Shown here: positions 26,101 through 38,324 of the stretch, in pieces
How the letters are laid out: the number at the start of each line of letters is the position of its first letter
Numbering within the stretch: the stretch's first letter is position 1
Origin: Okamejei kenojei
Lineage: Eukaryota
Direction: 5' to 3'
Assembly: GCA_035221665.1 (NCBI GenBank)
Contig: CM069138.1
Coordinates: 86,738,001 to 86,802,000, forward strand
Length of the DNA stretch: 64,000 nt
Notes under the pieces: model-generated
Told to the model about the DNA's origin: nothing
The model's database searches: none
What the model saw: only the letters and a program-made list of their open reading frames with translations
Made by a program: the position numbers and the translations under genes

Positions 26101-27979
26101 TGCTTCATCAATTTTGGAATATCTGAAGGACTGCAGGAAGTCAAGAAGGGGCCTTACTTCCAACTTCTCATGCAAAGTTAAGGATGATTTAGAATTGTTA
26201 ATCTTGCCAGGGTCATTCAGATACCAAAATATTATTGAATAAAAAGCTGAACTGGGTTTCACTGTTATACTCCACAAAGATCGCTTAGTCTTCCAATGTG
26301 CATCGTCTGGGACTGTATACGAAGAAAGGCCAAGGGTGTGGAACACAAGAGTTACAGCATGGGTCGGTCATCAGGGGAGAAAACTGAGAAGAGAGAAAGT
26401 CTTTAAAATCAAGCTTAATTAACCACAAGTTCTCACCTTTCCCTTCAGAGCAGCCTCGCAGCATGTTTGCATTGAAAGAAAACTCGCAGCAAACTTAAAA
26501 TAAAGTTTAGATCTGAACTTAAGTCAAGCAGGTGCCTCTGGAAATATTGTTCCTGGTAACAGAGGCAAATGTTTCAGGAGGTTTGGATTAAAAATCTCCC
26601 ATGGTGCAGAGCACACTGGTGACATTGTAGCTCTAGCCAGACAACGAGGTTTTCTGGTTAATCTGCTGCCAGACAACATTTTACAGCAGCTCTTCAGTCC
26701 AGCTGCCTGCTCTGCATCATGACATACAACAGAGCACACATCATTTATGGCTTCTTCACTATAGCAGAAGACAGATAAATACCCTTCACTGCAGTATGTT
26801 TTGGGTCAAATTCCCACCGTAGTGCCCTATATGGCCACTGGGCATTATGTGCACCGACTTCAGATAAGGTGACACAGTAAGCAACGCACAGGTCTGAATA
26901 AGAAGAGGCTATTCACTCCAATCAAATACCTACTGAGAATGTCACAGGTCATTCTCATCTATCCCAGGTTTGGCACTGCACCAGCACCACTTATGCCAGT
27001 TGAATTAGCAATTAGCGTTCAGTGTGCTAAAGGCACACTTCATAAATCACCACGTATCAGATGCCCTCAACTTTTCAGCTTGGTTTAAATGAAATATTCC
27101 CCTCCTCCCCCTCGCCCGACCATCTGATGAGAGCTGACCATCTTGCCAGAATCTAATGCCTTGGCCTTCACAAGGTCATGGTCAAACACCCTCCTTGACC
27201 TGATCCAGGCCCATTCTTAGTCACGTGTGTGACCAGAAATGTGAACAATTATGGAATACATCTCTTCCAATTCTGAAAGCATCACAGGTATATTGTTTTG
27301 TACTGTATATATGATTCACATTTTTATTCGAACTTTATCAAGTGAACTTTTTATGTTATGCTGACAATGTTTGTTTCGGGTCAGAGGTCAAATATGACTG
27401 GCCACGTGTGTGACCTCACGCGGAAGCGTTCTTTTCATAAAACTCAAGTTTTATCTGACAAACTCTGTGAAGTTTAAAAAGCTGGAATGTTCATATCTTT
27501 AGCAGTCGTGCATTATAGAGCTGTAGGTAGGAAAATAGCAATAAGATTAATCTCTTACAAGAATTTCTTAATGTATTACTTTATGTGATGCCACCTGGTC
27601 ACGTGTGTGACATTTTTGAGTTCACTTTCCAAAGAATGGCCCTCCAGCATGTGTGGTGAAGTGACTCCCATAGACAAGTAGTTCCAGGATGGAACATTGA
27701 GGAATGATGATAGATTTCCAAAGTTAGTGTGCTATCAGATATGGAGGAGAAATTCCAAATTTACATTATACAACCTTGGAAATATATCGCTATTCCTGAT
27801 AGCAGTGTTACAACGTGCCTTTTGCCCTCATTTTTGTAAGTGCGGAGGTTGTAGGTTTAGGAAGAGAGTTGCAGAGAATTTAGATTACAGCCATGGGTGA
27901 AAGGAATGTGGAATATTGGATGGGATGCCAATCAATTGTGCTATTTTATCCAGAGTCACTTGCAGAAAGCGTTCTGGAC

Positions 27980-28275
27980 CACCGAGTAAGTAAAGGGACT
28001 TCAAATCCCACTGCAAACTTGAAAATTTAAATTCAAATAATTAAACAAATCTGGAAATTAAAAAATTGCTAGTCTCCTTAGCAGTAACTCCAAAATTAGA
28101 TTATCATAAGAATCTATCTGTTTTATTAAAATTCTTCAGGAAAGAAAAGCCTGCATCCTTATCCAGTCTGGTCAAATTATGAGTCCTGCCCTCCAATGTA
28201 ATTGACTCTTAATAAACTGCTAGGTTCAAGGCATTTACAGATGAACAATAAATGTTAGTGTCCCACAAATAAATC
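27980..28275 (+). mobile_element. Ancient chondrichthyan SINE-like relic
   Basis: ttcaaatcccac..aaatctggaaattaaaaaattgctagtctc..atccttatccagtctgg..ttgactcttaa..caataaatg; recognised from recalled similarity only. Confidence 0.5.
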
Positions 28276-28719
28276 ACAGATGATCACAACATTGCTGTGG
28301 GAACTCAGTAGGCCCGGCAGCATCTGTGAAGGACAATAGACAGACGATGTTTCACGTCGGGATACTTCTTCAAATATTTTCCGCTTGCTGGTAGATAACA
28401 AGTTGAGAGGAAAGCTTTGTGCACTATCAGACTCTAAAGAAGTAATAATTTAAAGAAAAAAATCTCTTAACCCAAGCAAGGTTTTGATAAGCACACCGTA
28501 ACCAATAATGGGCATCATTGGCAGCCATCAAATAGTTTAAAACAGATACCAACTAAATTCATGTTATTAACCAACAGGCAGGTTCAGCTTCAACTAGCTA
28601 TTGCACTAAAAAGAAGCTGGGCGCATCGGACTCAAATGAACCAAATAAATCTTTCAATCATTGTGAAACATAAAATAACCAAATCCAGAATCATGAAAAA
28701 TGTTGTGTTCATCCACCAG

Positions 28720-29105
28720 TACTAGCCCTCCCCAGGTTCGAACCCCCGATTTACACACACCCCACATATACAAAAGAGCATTTGGGAGAGGGAAGAGTTG
28801 GGTGGGATGCTGGCTGCTGCAGGGCTGCCGACATCTTCTGCCAGGAGCACTTCCATCTACCTTCTCGCCCCATTCCCTAACCCCACTGCCGAGACACAAC
28901 ACTGTGGGGCTGGATTGAGCTGAGCTGAGCTAGTATGACTGAGCTGGCCCACTCATTTACTCACCGAGTCAGGCTGGCAGCCACCATCCCTGCACCTACT
29001 TGCCCTCCCACACACTGTTCTTGTTCATTTCCAAAATTTACGCACAGTTCGGGTTACAAACAGTTCTCTGGAACGAAACCCTGTAGTAACCTGGGCACTT
29101 CCTAT
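28720..29105. mobile_element. Old Tc1/mariner (Tigger-like) MITE
   Basis: Degenerate TIRs (tccccaggtt.cgaac / gtaacctgggcacttcct), subterminal repeats (cgatttacac, cgggttacaaac); TA next to the left end. Confidence 0.55.
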
Positions 29106-29216
29106 GCCAGTATTTACCTCCCTAATAGATATCACTGTCTCTGCAAATGGGGGTTGTTGCAAATATTGAAAAAAAACTGATCCACTGTTGTTCATCTACA
29201 ATAAACAAATCATTAT

Positions 29217-29346
29217 GTGTAGGAAGGAACTGCAGATGCTGGTTTATACCAAAGATAGACACAAAGTGCTGGTGTAACTCAGCGGGTCAGGCAGCATCTC
29301 TGAAGTAAAAGGATGGGTGACATTTCAGGTCGGAACCTTTCTTCAC
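29217..29346 (-). mobile_element. Penelope pLTR mini-insertion with 13-bp TSD
   Basis: AACAAATCATTAT (29204-16) / AACAAATTATTAT (29347-59). Confidence 0.85.
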
Positions 29347-29631
29347 AACAAATTATTATCATTGGATTATTCAACAAATTATTGAAATGATTCCTTCATG
29401 CCAATTTCAAAAGTTTCATTATGTCCATATTACAATGCAATGCAAAGAAGCGTATATCTCTTTTTTACTGTGGGCAGCATATCTAATCTTCATATTTTGA
29501 TTCCTTTCCAGAGAAATTATTTCATTTAATATTAATATGATAAGGACGTTGTATTTCTTCTGCTTCTTGAAACACAATATTTTCTTTTCACTGTCGCCAG
29601 CCTAGTTTAAATAATGTGTTTCCCAAAAATA

Positions 29632-29722
29632 TCTCCTTCGCTCCTTAGATGCTGCTGCACCCGCTGAGTTTCTCCAGCCTTTTGTGTAACCCTCGATTCT
29701 CCAGCATCTGCAGTTCTTTCTT
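29632..29722 (+). mobile_element. Penelope pLTR 3' fragment
   Basis: tccttcgctccttagatgctgctgcacccgctgagtttctccagc..ccagcatctgcagttctttctt. Confidence 0.75.
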
Positions 29723-29997
29723 TAACACTCAGAACAAAACAGTCGTTGGTCTTCTTAAACAGGTTGATATACAGGCTACACATTTTCAATTTCTCCATAT
29801 TTTGAATCTGTTAAGGTTTGCACATGTTTTCAACCTCCACGACTCCTCCCACCTGTCAGCTAAATGCACATATAAATGGACATAATGGCCATTCAAAAGT
29901 CAATACATTATTCTGAAAATGACCAAATGAAAGATGCAGGACTGCCTCAATGGATAAATGCACCACCAACCTACGTTCTTGTACTTGTGGATATAAC

Positions 29998-30280
29998 GGC
30001 GTTGCGATAGAGTTGCTGCCTTACAGCGAATGCAGCGCCGGAGACCCGGGTTCGATCCTGACTACGGGCGCTGTCTGTACGGAGTTTGTACGTTCTCCCC
30101 GAGACCTGCGTGGGTTTTCTCCGAGATCTTTGGTTTCCTCCCACACTCTAAAGGTTAATTGGCTTGGTAAGTGTAAAAACTGTCCCTGGTGGGTATAGGA
30201 TAGCGTTAATGTGCGGGGATCGCTGGTCGGCGCGGACCCGGTGGGCCGAAGGGCCTGTTTCCGTGCTGTATCTCTCAACT
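29998..30280 (+). mobile_element. HE1-type V-SINE (young)
   Basis: B-box GGTTCGATCC, V-domain, CR1 tail gggccgaagggcctgtttccgtgctgtatctct. Confidence 0.9.
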
Positions 30281-31052
30281 ATATGACAATAAACCCAACT
30301 TAATTCTAAGCCATTAGCATCACAAACCCTGGTAGCAGTCAAGCCAACAGTGATGAAATGGCACGAATGGTTCTGAGTTACAGTTCTCCCTGTGGACTAA
30401 TGATCGGCTGATACATGCTACCTCAAACCCTACACTCACAGCAACGTTGGGCCAAAGGGCTACAGGACAGCTAGCTCCTTTACCATAATCGGCAGCTTAA
30501 TGTGAAAGACAATGGAAACAGTTATACACATCTTAACCACGGCCTCGACACAAAGAGATGAGGAACTCGCCAAAGTCAGAGACTTCCAAACCCACAAACC
30601 CATGGTGTCATGTGCCAGAATTCCTATGTATTGAATCACAGCTGAAGAGTAAATGTACACTTCTTAATAACAATCATAGCTGATTTAGAGTGGTCTGGAT
30701 TTAAAACTAGATTCTAAATAAATTGGTTAAACAGTTTAATCAATTACAAATTAAATAAGGGATCTGTCCTCGTGCCAGCATGTATTGGCACAGTACAAGG
30801 CTGTGCACACACTGGACCCAGTCATTCAGATCCTGTTCCAGAGGAAACAGCTGATGTAAAGCTAACAAAATAAATATTGAAGTGGATTTCAGCCCTTTAG
30901 CTGGTCAATTAACATACACCCTGGCCAAAAATTGCCATCATGTAACCAGGGATAGTTTATATTCTAGGATTAAGAAAGAGGAAGTACCTTTTTAAGTAAT
31001 GATTCAGATGCACAACTTGTTAAATTTTACTAATATATGTTTCATCCTTGCA

Positions 31053-31354
31053 ACGGGGGGGCAGCGGCAGACTTGCTGCCGAACAGGGCCTGAGACCCGG
31101 GTTCGATCCCGACTGCGGGTCCTGTCTACACGGAGTTTGTACGCTCTCTCTGTGACCGAGTGGGTTTTCGCCGAGATCTTCGGTTTCCACCCACACTCTA
31201 GAGATGTACAGGTTTGTCGGTTAATTGGCTTGGTATAAATGTTAATTGTCCCTGGTGTGTGTGGGATAGTGTTAGTGTGCGGGGATCGCTGGTCGGTGCG
31301 GACTCGGTGGGCTGAAGGGCCTGTTTCCACGCTGTATCTCTAAACTAAACTAAA
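31053..31354 (+). mobile_element. HE1-type V-SINE
   Basis: B-box GGTTCGATCCC, V-domain, tail ..gtatctctaaactaaactaaa. Confidence 0.9.
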
Positions 31355-31639
31355 ACATTCCGTCGCTAAAGTTGCAATTTCACGGAAACTCCGCAGTCTA
31401 CTCTGTGTTTTCTAACTACTCTTTAAAAATATATCTTGATGGACAATGGGTATAGCATTAACCTCAGGAAAAAAACGCTCTCTCTCTCTGTGCCAGTAAT
31501 AAATAGCTCATGGTCCAATACTCAGAAAAACTTTGTTAAAGGGAAGGTTTCTAATTTTAACAGTTACAGAATTCTTGTGGACAGGATGAGTCCTATAACC
31601 AGAAGATTTTGTTCCAAGGAACCACATTTCTCCTTACTC

Positions 31640-31980
31640 CGCCTGTCTGCCAACCGCCATTGCTCCCCATCCCATGTATTTACCTGTCATGGACACAAAA
31701 TGCTGGAGTAACTCAGCGGGACAGACAGGATCTCTGGAGAGAAGGAATGGGTGACGTTTTGTTTCAAGACCCTTTTTCAGACTATCATTTGCCAGGTTTT
31801 GTCCCACCACCACCACCTCTCTTTTTTTTACCTTTCTCCCCCATACTCTAACGGTCTGAGTAGGCTCCAGACCCGAAACGTCATTTGTCCACTCCCTCCC
31901 CAGGCACTGCCTGACCCGCTGAGTTCCTCCAGCACTTTGTCTTTTGCTCACAGTTCCAGCAACTGCAGTTTCTCGTGCCT
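31640..31980. mobile_element. Older Penelope pLTR (+) containing a younger pLTR piece (-, ~31691-31783)
   Basis: Plus-strand degenerate hammerhead ggtctgagtaggctccagacccgaaacgtc (31853-82); minus-strand young-family sequence gacacaaaatgctggagtaactcagcgggac. Confidence 0.75.
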
Positions 31981-31989
31981 CCATCTGTA

Positions 31990-32230
31990 GAATATTCCAT
32001 TGCACAATTTTTTAAGAGTTCGGGCAATATCCCCAGTGTCGTGGCCTGTACTTATCCCTCAGTCAGTATTGCTAAAAAGCAAATTATCTGGTAATTATCA
32101 CGCTGCCGCTTGTGAAGATTTGATGTTTGCAAATTAGCAAACTATTTCCTAAGTTACAACAGTGACTACATTTCAAAATTGACTAAAAACTGCTTTGGGA
32201 CACAGAAAGAGATGCACGTGGAACTCTTTC
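31990..32230 (+). mobile_element. SacSINE1-like (Deu-domain) SINE relic
   Basis: ccccagtgtcgtggcc..ttatccctca..attatctggtaattatcacgctgc..ttacaacagtgactacatttcaaaa..gctttgggac; tail also seen at 49160-49268. Confidence 0.6.
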
Positions 32231-32636
32231 TGTCATTACACTTCACCAGCACTCTTTCATCCAAGATACTCCCAGGAAACTACCTATTGGAGCTACCCTT
32301 TGTCCTAATATTCCCTTGAATAGCTTATTAATGGTCCTTTAAAACACCTTGTAATGCTGCTGCATCAATGCAAGATGGTGTTGCTGTTCACCCATCATTG
32401 CACAATTGCTCATTCCAAGCCAGATAGGTCATATCAGATCCCGTCCCCAAATACAAATCCTTCCATGAGCCCAATTTAGGGTTTAGTTCGATTTAGCTTG
32501 GAGATGCAGCATGGAAACAGGCCCTTCAGCCATATTTGTCCCCATCTGTATGGCTCTAACCAAGTGACGTTCATTAATACCATTAAAAATTGTTTTAGCT
32601 ACATACATCTTTGAAGAAATTTTCATTATTTCTGTA

Positions 32637-32950
32637 AGTTTAGTTTAGTTTAGAGATACAGCATGTAAACAGGCCCTTCAGTCCACCAAACCCGCACCGA
32701 CCAGCGATCCTCACACATTAACGCTATCCTACACACAGTAGGATTTACACTTCGTTGACACTTATTTACACTTATATCAAGCCGATTAACCTACAAACCT
32801 GTACATCTTTGGAATGTGGAAAGAAACCTAAAATCTCGGAGGAAAGCCGCAGGGTCGCAGGGAGAACGGACAAACTCTGCACAGACAGCACCCGTAGTCA
32901 GAATCGAACCCGGGTCTACTGCCGCTGTTAGGCAGCAGCTCTACCGCCCT
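32637..32950 (-). mobile_element. HE1-type V-SINE
   Basis: (TTTAG)n tail, V-domain, B-box aatcgaaccc. A separate tail-only piece lies at ~32475-32532. Confidence 0.88.
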
Positions 32951-35074
32951 TCGAGGGAATCGGAGATGAACTCTTCCCACTTTGTCCATTTCGTCCACTT
33001 TTCTTTCAATCACCCATCCCAATATAATGAATTCTTATCTAAAGGATTTCATTTCAAATCATTTATGAAACATAAATTTGATAAACATATGAGCATTATA
33101 AACAGCCAATTATATTAACAACATATTAAATTGTAAATACTTTGGGGAAATCCCTTTTTTCTCCTCTTTTGCACTTCGATATGTACCATGCATTCTTCAT
33201 AGACAATTAGCTTCGGTAACCTGTCCTTTGGTTGCTTTCCCTCAGTCTATAATACATGATTATTTGATAAAAGAATGAAACAAAAACACAAAACACAATA
33301 ACTCATTACAACTTTTGGTCTATCTAGCAATTTAATCCAGGGGGAGTAGAGTAGGACTTCTGCTAGGTTTTTGTTTAAAAACCTTAATATTTCACAGAAT
33401 AACCAAAAACAGAAAAGAAAAAACGACAGTGATTATTGGCTGCAATGCCAACAGTTTCCCATTGCTTTGAAAAATAAAATCTCTAATTATTAAATTCTAG
33501 AAAGAAGCCCAGAAACTCAAAACACATGTTAAAATTGCTTAATTCAATATTTTAAATTGAAAAATCCAATTGTTGAAACAGAAAGTTTTACAATTAGATT
33601 ACACAAAATGTTCCGCTATCTATCTTAATTTTCTGTTAGCAAGCATTGAGTTTTGTCCTCCAAATGTTGTTGCTCCTTATACTTTTATGCCAATTCACTT
33701 TCTTCTGATGCTGCATAGAAGCCAAGCGTCTCTGGATATGTCTCTGGATATTTTCTTGTCTCAAACCAATGTCATCACTCATGAGACTGTAACCCCTTTC
33801 CAAGTAAAGTGCTTTCCACAGACGCGCACACAGAGCCTCACAAACGCTGGATGTTTATTCAATCACCGCAACAAAATGTCCTTGCAACGAGATTAGAATC
33901 TCTCACTGGTGTATGGTTATCACCCAGCCACCCGCATGTCTGTAATAGTGACTGGCCAGCACAGTAACAACAGGCCGATACAAATTAAAATGTATTAACT
34001 TATTGAAGACTGTTAACTTAACCCAGCATTCGTTTTGAGGTCTGACTGAGGCAGTTAAAGAAGCTACTTTTGGGAAGCCAAGTGACAAGCCATTTTGTCC
34101 TTTTGTTGTGGAGAAGTGTGACATCACATACCATTACACAAATAACAGAATAGAACCAGAGGCAACACTGTGTTCATCAATGAGGCCAGGAATTAAGAGC
34201 TGCAAAGAAGCTTTTTTTTTATTTTTACTTGCCTTATTAAACAGTAACATGGAATCAGCACACATTACACAACCAGAGATAGGCAAACCTATCGAGATCA
34301 ACCAGGTTACAAATACCTCGTGCACTCAGCTGCCCTACAGGCAATTTCTTACAGAGGCATTAATGCACTTAACTAAACAAATCAATGGCAATGGAAAAAA
34401 AAAAAAATCACCGGTAGGAATATAGTGTAAACTGTAAATGTTTGGAATTTATGGAGGTAAAGAAACAAGTGGACAATTGGAAATCAACACTCCTCTAGCT
34501 CATTAATGATTTACACCTATCTCTGCTGGAAATGATAAGATGAATGTAGGTCCCTTACACTCAGAGACAGGCGGATTTATATTGGGAAACAAGCAAATGG
34601 CAGAACAGTTAAACAAGTACTTTGGTTCTGTCTTCACTAAGGAAGACACAAACAATCTCCCAGAAATACCAGGGGACCGAGGATCTAGTGGGAGGGAGGA
34701 CCTGAAGGGAATCCACATTAGTCAGAATATGTTGTTAGGCGTACTGTTGGGACTGAAGGCAGATAAATTCCCAGGGCCTGATGGTCTGCATCCCAGAGTT
34801 TTCAAGGAGGTGGTCCTAGAAATCGTGGATGCATTGGTGATCATTTTCCTATAGACTCGGGATCAGTTCCTGTGGACTGGAGGGTAAATCCGCTTTTTAA
34901 GAAAGGAGGGAGAGAGAAAACAGGGAATTATAGACCAATTAGCCTTACATCGGTAGTGGGGAAGATGCTGGAGTTGATTATTAAAGATGTTATCGCAGCG
35001 CATTTGGAAAGCAGTGACAGGATCGGTCAATGTCAGCATGGATTTATGAAGGGGAAATGATGCTTGACTAATCT

Positions 35075-36310
35075 TTTTCAGGGATGTGGTTGGCCAAGTC
35101 CAACACGGGAGAGCCGGGCTCGGGTTCGTCCCAAAAGTTCCTCAATGGCACAAGGCAACATCAGTTCAGGAGAGACGGCTCGTGGTGGAGGAGGTGAGAA
35201 GACGGGAGGAGGCAGAGCGACACGCCAAGGCCGTCTCAATGGTCAAGCAAGGCCAATGGACTAACTGGGAGAGCCTGGAAAAGAGGAAACTCAGCTGGCG
35301 TGACATCTGGCAAATGGAAGGATCTCGGCTAAGTTTTGTCATCAGAGCCACTTATGATGTTCTACCATCACCGCAGAACCTGAAGCAGTGGTTCGGAGAA
35401 GACCCCACTTGCTCCCTTTGCCAAGCACTGGATCACTAAGGCACATTTTAACAGGATGCACTACGAGCCTCGGCCAAGGGCGTTACACTTGGCGGCATAA
35501 CCAAGTTCTCAGACAGCTGGCATCAATCCTTGAACAGAGGCGAACAATCACAAATGCTTCCCCACCAACATCGGCAGGAAATGTCCACTTCACAACATTT
35601 GTACCACCAGGCCAACCTCCAGAGCACCAGATAACATCAATGGATGCAAGCATTCTGCAGCCTGCTCGGGATTGGAAAATGGAAGTGGACTTAGAAAAAT
35701 GGCTTGTGTTACCCCCAGATATTGTGGTTACAACACTCTGGCCAGACATGGTCCTGTGGTCCACAACAGCCAAGTTGGTATATGTTGTGGAATTGACAGT
35801 TCCATGGGAAGATGGTGTTGAAGAAGCTTATGAGAGGAAAAAGACCAAGTACTCTGAACTGGCAACTGAAGCTTCCCACAATGGCTGGAAGACCAAGATT
35901 TTCCCTGTCGAAGTGGGATGCAGGGGATTTGTTGCTACATCTATGACCAGACTATTAAAGTAAATGGGGTGAGGGGTGGCTCCCTCCAACAAGCAATCAA
36001 ATCATTATCACATTCTGCGGAAAAAAAACAGCAATTGCATTTGGATCAAAAGGAGAGACAACAATTGGGCTGCAAGATGAAGACAGGAGGGTATGGAATT
36101 GAGGGGGGTGTAACTGGAACGCCAGATATCACCGTTGAGCCCTCTGGAGATGTTGTGGGCTTATCAATGAAACGTCAAAGGAGGAGGGTGCCCACCTGAT
36201 GACCCCGATGACGTACCTACCCTACCTTTCACCACTCCAATCCCACTGCAAATAGCAAGAGTGCTGACTTACTACAGGGATTGAAACATCAAGTCTTATT
36301 AGCTCTACTC
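35075..36310 (+). mobile_element. HERO-like non-LTR retrotransposon 3' part (CCHC knuckle + restriction-like endonuclease + 3' UTR)
   Basis: RATYDVLPSPQNL, CSLC..SLRHILTGC, GRYTWRHNQVL, PDMVLWS..VELTVPWE, KKTKY, PVEVGCRGF. Frameshift near 35430, premature stop 35961-63, natural stop ~36078-80. Confidence 0.88.
36149..36211 (+). ncRNA. Hammerhead-like motif with permuted (pseudoknotted) strand order
   Basis: GAUGU-U-GUGGGC ... GAAACGUC ... GCCCAC-CUGAUGA. Stem I is 6 bp perfect, stem III is 5 bp, stem II pairs only distally. Confidence 0.45.
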
Positions 36311-37905
36311 ATTGGAATTATTTGAGGATGTAACAAGTAGAATGGATAAGGGAGAGCCAGTGGATGTGGTATATCTGGACTTTCAAAAAGCCTTTGACAA
36401 GATTCCACACAAGAGATTAGTGTGCAAAATTAGAGCACATAGTATTCGGGGGTCAGGTATTGACATGGATAGAGAACTGGTTGGCAGACACAAACCAAAG
36501 AGCAGGAATTAACGGGTCCTTTTCAGTATGGCAGGCAGGGACCAGTGGGGTGCGGCAAGGCTCAGTGTTGGGACCCCAGTTGTTGACAATACATATTTAC
36601 GATTTAGACAAGGGAATTAAATGTAACCTCTCTCAGTTTGACTTGGATAGGTTGGGTGAGTGGGCAGAAGCATGGCAGCTGCAGTATAATGTGGATAAAT
36701 GTGAGGTTATCCACTTTGGTGGCAAGAACAAGAAGGCAGATTATTATCTGGTGTCAGATTAAGAGAAGGGGAGGTGCAACGAGACCTGGGTGTGCTTGTA
36801 CATCAGTTACTGAAAGTAAGCATGCAGGTACAGCAGGCAGTGAAGAAAGCTAATGGCAGGTTGGCCTTCATTGCGAGAGGATTTGAGTTTGGGAGCAAGG
36901 AGGTCCTACTGCAGTTGTACAGGGCCCTGTTGAGACTGCACCTGGAGTATTGTGTGCAATTCTGGTCTCCTAATTTGAGGAAAGACATTCTTGCTATTGA
37001 AGGTGTACAGCGTAGGTTCGCCAGGTTAATTCCTGGGATGACGAGACAGTCGTATGATGAAAGAATGGGTCATCTGAGCTTGTATTCGTTGGAATTTAGG
37101 ATGAGAGGCGATCTTATAGAAAAATATAAATTTCTGAGAGGATTGGACAGGGTTGCTGCAGGAAAAATGTTTCCGATGTTGGGGGAGTCCAGAACCAGGG
37201 GTCACAGTTTAAGAATAAGGGGTAGGCCATTTAGGACTGAGAAGAGGAAAAACGTTTTCACCCAGAGAGTTGTGAATCTGTGTAATTCTCTGCCACAGGA
37301 GGCAGTGGAGGCCAATTCACTGGATGTTTGCAAGAGAGAGTTAGATTTAGCTCTTCGGGTTAACGGAATCGAGGGATATGGGGGTACTGATTTTGGATAA
37401 TCAGCAATTATCATATTGAATGGCAATGCGGGCTCGAAGGGCCGAATGGCCTACTCCTGCACCTGTTTTCTGTTTCTATGTTTAATTACAAGTTGTTTGC
37501 TTCTCCCTCAAAACAATTGATTTTATCATCTGCAAATGCATGAGTTTTTATTTGTGTTTAAAATTCACATAACGTTTCCTACATTACTATTTTAAAAAAT
37601 TCTCCCCTCTACTAGGCAGTCTCCCACCACTCCAATGTTGTGGGTTCTCAGTGGCCAATGGACTGTTGTGGCCAATTGTGGTCTCCATTTTCAGTAGCAG
37701 CTGGGGCATTCATTTGCAATAGAGTGAAGGACTTTATAACTATGGTGTTCGCCGTACAGTTTTCGTGGCAACTTTAATAAGCCTCTAGGCATCCCTCTTC
37801 AACATAGGATGTCACAACAGTGATCCTTGGTGTTTGTGTGTTACGGAAAGCAGCAACGCACTATGGTAGCAATCAGGATTAGGACGCCATTGACTGACTG
37901 GATTT

Positions 37906-38023
37906 TTCTGTGCAATATGACTGTATGAAAACTAATGGAGTCGCTGCTGTAACACAAGAGGACTGGTTCTGTGCAATATGACTGTATGAAAACTAATGGA
38001 GTCGCTGCTGTAGCAAAAGAGGA
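37906..38023. repeat. 61-bp tandem duplication (2 copies)
   Basis: ttctgtgcaatatgactgtatgaaaactaatggagtcgctgctgta.ca.aagagga starts at 37906 and 37967. Confidence 0.92.
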
Positions 38024-38324
38024 GGATATGGATCACACCGGCTACTCAAACCATACATGGAGGGCACTCTGCTGATAACTAGGTTCTTTCCCACAATCAG
38101 GATAGAGTGGGTGCTGCCATAATCTCATCTTTTGCTTCTCCCTACTATCACAGCTCTGCTTCATCCTACCTCTCATAGCTCTGTATTTTTGGTACATGGC
38201 AGATAAATGGCCCCTTCGATCCACTGTTTTGCCCATCTATATGAATATCATTTGCCTGCATAGTTTGTCTGCTCTGATGATTATTCCCACCATCATAATG
38301 CAAAGAGATGTGACAAATCAATAA

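Larger units (their letters stand above)
34530..37482 (+). mobile_element. 5'-truncated CR1 LINE split by a HERO-like insertion; FADD motif deleted
   Basis: PGPDGLHPRV, NYRPISLTSVVGK, QHGFMKGK.CLTNL | LELFEDV..YLDFQKAFD, SGVRQGSVLGP, and C-terminal ORF 36774-37400. An internal deletion near 36635 removes FADDTK. Confidence 0.95.

Noticed and set aside
27123-27150. CTGATGAG as a hammerhead core (also at ~43724)
   Set aside because: No correctly placed GAAA box or supporting stems.
27220-27612. CRISPR-like array from the three spaced palindromes
   Set aside because: Repeats are ~15 bp with ~170-180 bp spacers, in vertebrate DNA, with no cas genes.
29998-30065. tRNA gene (A/B-box-like sequence)
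   Set aside because: It is the tRNA-derived head of an HE1 SINE and continues into the V-domain and CR1 tail.
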